DNA from: Patescibacteria group bacterium
GTDB taxonomy: Bacteria > Patescibacteriota > Minisyncoccia > Phycocordibacterales > UBA12088
Reading direction: 5' to 3'
Assembly: GCA_015491245.1 (NCBI GenBank)
Contig: WFWH01000027.1
Location: 1 to 60,155, forward strand
DNA length: 60,155 bases
In this document: piece after piece, positions 56,635 through 60,155 of the stretch
Layout: each line of letters begins with the position of its first letter
Numbering within the stretch: the first letter of the stretch is position 1
Translations under genes and position numbers: made by a program
Notes under the pieces: generated by a model
Told to the model about the DNA's origin: nothing
The model's database searches: none
The model's input: the letters and a program-made list of their open reading frames with translations, nothing else

Positions 56635-56915
56635 ACCCGCCTGCGCTCCGCACATGCGCGCGCAGTGGGTTTTTACCCTACTGCGCGCTTTTTCTTGGAC
56701 CCTTCTCTAGAGGTAGCAATACTTTGTGCCGCGTGTAACGAAGCGCGGGAGGTATGCGGTTTCCTCCTGCGGCAGGACTTTTATAGTTTCGGTGCGGCAA
56801 TCCGATAAACGTGTACGGCTCGGGTGTAGCATATCCTTGCGCAGGTAGTGGCCGGTAAGTTGACTATAACAATAAAATATTGTATTTCTTCCTCAGAAAA
56901 AAGAGGGAGGAGGTA

Positions 56916-57728
56916 ATGGGGGAGAGGAAACTGCGCTTCCGAAGGGCAACCTATTCTATCGCCCTTTTGGGCGTATTGGTTTGCTCGTTCCTGTTTTTTT
57001 CCCTATGGGTCATTTACGAAGATGCAATATATGTACTCAATCCTCTATTAAGGGTAATCCAAATATATTGGGTGTGGCTCGCGGGATTCCTCAAGGGGTT
57101 CACGCTCAAAAAAATTTGGATGTTTGCGGTATCGCTGCTGCCTGGGCGCCTTAAGGTTCTTATTATTGAGGGATTTAAGCGGGGGATTTTATTGGGCGTT
57201 GCGTACGCCCTTGGTGCGCGCAACCGCGCGCGGGTGCGGCGGCTGTTGCGGCGCGGCAAAGCACGGGTGCGGCACACTGTGTCTCGCTCTCGTGCCGCAG
57301 TGCGTCGCTTCGGCCGTCCAGCAGAGGCAGCAGTTTCGTTGTCTCTCACCATTATAAGCGGTATGGCAATTTTCGCTGTGACCGGCGTGGTCGCCTTTTG
57401 GTGGTTCGGCGGCGTTGCACTGCTGCTGTACGTCGGGCGCATTCTACTGCTTTTGCCGACTTGGGCACTTAAGGCCGTGTGGCGACTGGTCCGATTGGTG
57501 CCCGGCATGGATTGGGTGGGGCAGTTTGTGGTACGGCTCGTGGGAAATATTGCTTTCAAAAAGGCGGTGCTGGCGTGGATGTCGCACATGGCAAACGCCC
57601 TGTGGCGCCGTTTTCCCATCGAGTGGCGCGTCGCGTGGCGCCGCGCGCGCCTTCAATTGCATCGTGCAGGCATTAAGACCGGCAAAAAAATACGCAGCCG
57701 GTTTATTCCGGAGAGCGGTACGCTATGA
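56916..57728 (+). CDS. Polytopic membrane protein, Arg-rich loops
   Basis: Strong SD GGGAGGAGG before ATG 56916. Several TM helices (IALLGVLVCSFLFFSLWVI, MAIFAVTGVVAFWWFGGVALLLYV). Lower GC than the surroundings. Confidence 0.55.
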   Translation: MGERKLRFRRATYSIALLGVLVCSFLFFSLWVIYEDAIYVLNPLLRVIQIYWVWLAGFLKGFTLKKIWMFAVSLLPGRLKVLIIEGFKRGILLGVAYALGARNRARVRRLLRRGKARVRHTVSRSRAAVRRFGRPAEAAVSLSLTIISGMAIFAVTGVVAFWWFGGVALLLYVGRILLLLPTWALKAVWRLVRLVPGMDWVGQFVVRLVGNIAFKKAVLAWMSHMANALWRRFPIEWRVAWRRARLQLHRAGIKTGKKIRSRFIPESGTL

Positions 57729-57750
57729 TTGCAATGCGTACCGCTTTTTT
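57715..57750 (+). terminator. Intrinsic terminator overlapping the stop codon
   Basis: gcggtacgc/gcgtaccgc forms a 9-bp stem, followed by TTTTTT at 57745-57750. Confidence 0.7.
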
Positions 57751-57853
57751 ATGCTATGCCGCGCATGCACCATGTGGTCTCGGTCAGACACGCGCTGCAG
57801 TTTTTAGTTTTTTATAGGAGACGTCCTTTTTCTCTCGCTGGGGCTTCCAAATT

Positions 57854-58612
57854 TTATTTATAGGGAGGGTACACGTGATTACGGGGATTCAGCGGCTCTG
57901 GAAATGCTTTGAGTATCTCTCGGGAAAATGTACCGGCATCTCCCGCTTCCATCATGCTCTCGGCAAAGCTTCGGTAGTCGTTAATCCTCTCTATAAGCGC
58001 CTCATACAGCATCAAGGCGTATGCGTGGTGGCGGAATTCATCGTCGTGCAACAGCGTCTTGCTCAGTTGTGTCGCCCACCACACCAGAGCGTCAGCGGTG
58101 TGTCGGGGATTTTTAGCAACACGTTCTACGGTAAAGTATTCATTTCCTTGCGCGTAAGAAGCGCGTGATCCCTCACGAGAAGCGAATTCGGCCGCTTTTT
58201 GCGCCACTGCCTCATCCATCAGCATTGCGGCAATTTGGCGCTCGGTGGCTCCTTGGCTTTGCCCTTCCAGCGTGGGGAGCGATTCCTCTTTAAGCCAGTA
58301 GGGGCGGACATAAAAGGCAAATGCTTCCAGCGCTTTCTCTACGTCGGAGAGGTTTTGGGAAGGAATGCGCTCCGCTGCCTGCGCGAGAATCGCGCCTGCT
58401 GTTACTTCGGTTTGCTCTTGGGTGGCGGCGATGTTATTAGAGGCGCCCTCCCGTGATTGTTCTGATTGGCTGCCTCCCTCGTCGTTACACCCCGTCAGCG
58501 AGCCAGTGGCTATCATTGCCGCGGTCAAATGGGGCAAGAATCCCTTTTTTCGCCTTTGTGTGCGCTCCGACTTATCTTCAGGGGAGGATTGGTGGTTGGG
58601 AAATTGTTCCAT
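57854..58612 (-). CDS. Putative lipoprotein (252 aa)
   Basis: Lipobox-like AAMIATGSLTGC followed by a Ser/Glu/Gln-rich linker and a helical domain. No family recognised. Confidence 0.6.
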   Translation of the reverse strand: MEQFPNHQSSPEDKSERTQRRKKGFLPHLTAAMIATGSLTGCNDEGGSQSEQSREGASNNIAATQEQTEVTAGAILAQAAERIPSQNLSDVEKALEAFAFYVRPYWLKEESLPTLEGQSQGATERQIAAMLMDEAVAQKAAEFASREGSRASYAQGNEYFTVERVAKNPRHTADALVWWATQLSKTLLHDDEFRHHAYALMLYEALIERINDYRSFAESMMEAGDAGTFSREILKAFPEPLNPRNHVYPPYK

Positions 58613-58811
58613 AGCGATTGGGGGTAGAAGCGGATACGATTAATGAAAGGGAACAAAGGGTGTGTGGCGCATTACCTGTCACCACTCATTATGAGGATAG
58701 CATGCAGAGACGGAGATCACACTATAATTTTCCACCGCATGCGAGAGTTCGGTGCCGCTGCGTGGGCGCGGTGTGACCGCAACACCGCCCATGAACACCA
58801 AGGAGCCATGG

Positions 58812-58845
58812 CAAAAACAAAAAGCGCACTTTTCGGGAGTGCGCT
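58812..58845 (-). terminator. Intrinsic terminator after the 160-aa gene
   Basis: On the minus strand, an agcgcac/gtgcgct stem is followed by TTTTTGTTTTTG. Confidence 0.55.
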
Positions 58846-58884
58846 GTAGCGCGGCATGTACTGCATATCATGCACTGCATATTT

Positions 58885-59367
58885 TTATGCAGGGATGGAG
58901 ACTGCCCAAGAGTGGAAGCGGTATGTGCCTTTTCCCCTCTTGGAGATGACGCACGAAGAAGAGTTCGCTTCTTCGTGTCCCTCAACATAGAGGGAGAGGA
59001 ACAATTCCCAGTCTCCACCAGAGAGAGAAAGCACCACCTTTTCCTTCCCGAGGGACCGCACCACCGCTTCTCCCCATGCAGAGAAAAGCATGAGTGCAGG
59101 GTGCCCGTCGCGGGTTCCCACTTTCGCGGATGCGGAGGCTACCCTGTGCGCGTACACCTCTCCCGCAACCGCAATAAGGTTCATGGGGCGCGGCAGATCG
59201 TGTATGCGGGTGAAAGTGAAACGGCCCCCTTGGATGCACGCGGGAATTTCAAATCTTCCCGCGGTGTTAAAGCCGAGCAGGTAGTGCTTGCCGCCCCGTC
59301 TCAGCTCCGCGCTCGCGACCACCGCCCACACACCGTGGGGCGTGGTGAATAGCTCCTTCAATTCCAT
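58885..59367 (-). CDS. Hypothetical protein (160 aa), downstream member of a paralogous pair
   Basis: SD GGAGGAGGAGG. Its ATG shares one base with the upstream TAA (TAATG). MELKELFTTPHGVWAVVASAELRRGGKHYLLGF...DGHPALMLFSAWGEAV. Confidence 0.55.
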   Translation of the reverse strand: MELKELFTTPHGVWAVVASAELRRGGKHYLLGFNTAGRFEIPACIQGGRFTFTRIHDLPRPMNLIAVAGEVYAHRVASASAKVGTRDGHPALMLFSAWGEAVVRSLGKEKVVLSLSGGDWELFLSLYVEGHEEANSSSCVISKRGKGTYRFHSWAVSIPA

Positions 59368-59909
59368 TACGCTACTCCTCCTCCTCCTTCCTGCCGTGCC
59401 CGTGCAATTCCCCACACCCGCAGTTTGGTGAGGTGGGGGTGGGAGAGGGGGGCAAGGGTTTTTGTTTCCCCTCCCACAGGGGAGAGGAATGGCTTGGTGC
59501 GCCCCAGTTCCATCTCCAGAGCCGAGGCCGCACCGTGCGCGGACAGCATGAGGTGCAGCCGCTCGTTTCCGCCCGCACGCAAGGAAAGTTCCAGGTTTCC
59601 TTGTGCGGAGCGCATTGTGTGCCCGCGGTGGGTACAGATTTCGTGTGCAAGCGGCGTGTAGGGAAAGCGTGCGCCGCCTGCCGCTACAAACCACTGTCCC
59701 GCGTATGCGCCCCGAAGCTCTGCTTTCAGTTCGGGGTGAACGAGGTACTGCCCCTTTGCGACGGAAATAACGCCGCAAAGGGCGGAGGGTGAAAACGGCT
59801 CTTCCGTGTTACACAGAAGAACGGTTACCGTCCTCCGATAGAATATGGTGTGTATTAAGAGCTCTCCCCATAGCGTGGGAGGGGACGCGTCGTGAGAATG
59901 TGCGCGCAT
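59367..59909 (-). CDS. Hypothetical protein (180 aa), upstream member of a paralogous pair
   Basis: SD GAGGAGG before ATG 59909. ...GQWFVAAGGARFPYTPLAHEI...GNERLHLMLSAHGAAS parallels blocks in the 160-aa neighbour. Confidence 0.5.
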   Translation of the reverse strand: MRAHSHDASPPTLWGELLIHTIFYRRTVTVLLCNTEEPFSPSALCGVISVAKGQYLVHPELKAELRGAYAGQWFVAAGGARFPYTPLAHEICTHRGHTMRSAQGNLELSLRAGGNERLHLMLSAHGAASALEMELGRTKPFLSPVGGETKTLAPLSHPHLTKLRVWGIARARQEGGGGVA

Positions 59910-59992
59910 GGGTTCCTCCTCATCTCGTATTCCACTGCGCAGTGTAGCATTGATTGCGCCGCCGCGCTTCTTGTGCTGAAGGCGTTGGCGGT

Positions 59993-60021
59993 TTGACACC
60001 CCTCCGGCGCTCTGGTAGTAT
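59993..60021 (+). promoter_or_regulatory. Sigma70-type promoter (TTGACA, 17 nt, TAGTAT) re-starting the spc operon at rpsZ
   Basis: TTGACA at 59993-59998 and TAGTAT at 60016-60021, 36 nt before ATG 60057. Confidence 0.55.
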
Positions 60022-60056
60022 ACGCCCACGCCTCTTTCCGGCGTTTTCTTTTGGTT

Positions 60057-60155
60057 ATGGCGAAAAAATCGGTTATTGCCCGCGCGCAAAAAAAGCCGAA
60101 ATTCAGCACGCGCATCGTGCGCCGCTGCTTCCGGTGCGGGCGCAAGCGCGGTTAC
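60057..60155 (+). CDS. rpsZ: 30S ribosomal protein S14 (type Z, zinc-ribbon), 5' part; runs off the window
   Basis: MAKKSVIARAQKKPKFSTRIVRRCFRCGRKRGY shows the characteristic S14 N-terminus and the first CxxC. Confidence 0.85.
   Translation, partial: MAKKSVIARAQKKPKFSTRIVRRCFRCGRKRGY

Overview
High-GC bacterial chromosomal segment using the standard code (TGA is a stop). The backbone is housekeeping. It runs rny, clpP, tig, nusA; a type IV pilus cluster (pilB, pilC, three prepilin-type proteins); tpiA-pgk, a ybaK-like gene, a HIT gene, a PBP-type carboxypeptidase, recJ, rnhA, a split comEC, sod, rpmB; then rpsL-rpsG-fusA-tuf and the S10/spc ribosomal-protein cluster up to rpsZ. The streamlined content, the r-protein tails and the T4P plus ComEC combination recall Patescibacteria/CPR-like genomes, but the taxon cannot be fixed from this window. 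By eye I found no rRNA, tRNA, CRISPR array, cas gene, transposase or integrase. Long antisense shadow ORFs are everywhere because of the GC content. Main result: a roughly 9 kb co-directional island (13.1-22.4 kb) sits between nusA and pilB. It starts with a canonical sigma70 promoter and a ~570-nt highly structured untranslated RNA. It encodes two Csx3/Crn3-like domains (one stand-alone, one fused), two paralogous P-loop NTPases, a SpoT-type small alarmone hydrolase and a RavA/ViaA-like AAA+/VWA pair, plus three unknown proteins or domains. No CRISPR-Cas is nearby, so I propose it as a candidate undescribed nucleotide-signal-linked conflict (defence or counter-defence) system. Second-tier observations: the ribosomal-protein superoperon is interrupted twice. 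One interruption is a 730-nt spacer between rplB and rpsS that carries a three-way-junction RNA. The other is a 5.1-kb accessory insertion between rplE and rpsZ. Each interruption is followed by a fresh TTGACA-17-TAnnnT promoter. Also noted: a split ComEC, a self-contained Ala-rich mini-gene, and an unusual S12 decoding loop. All family calls come from motif recognition by eye and need profile searches.
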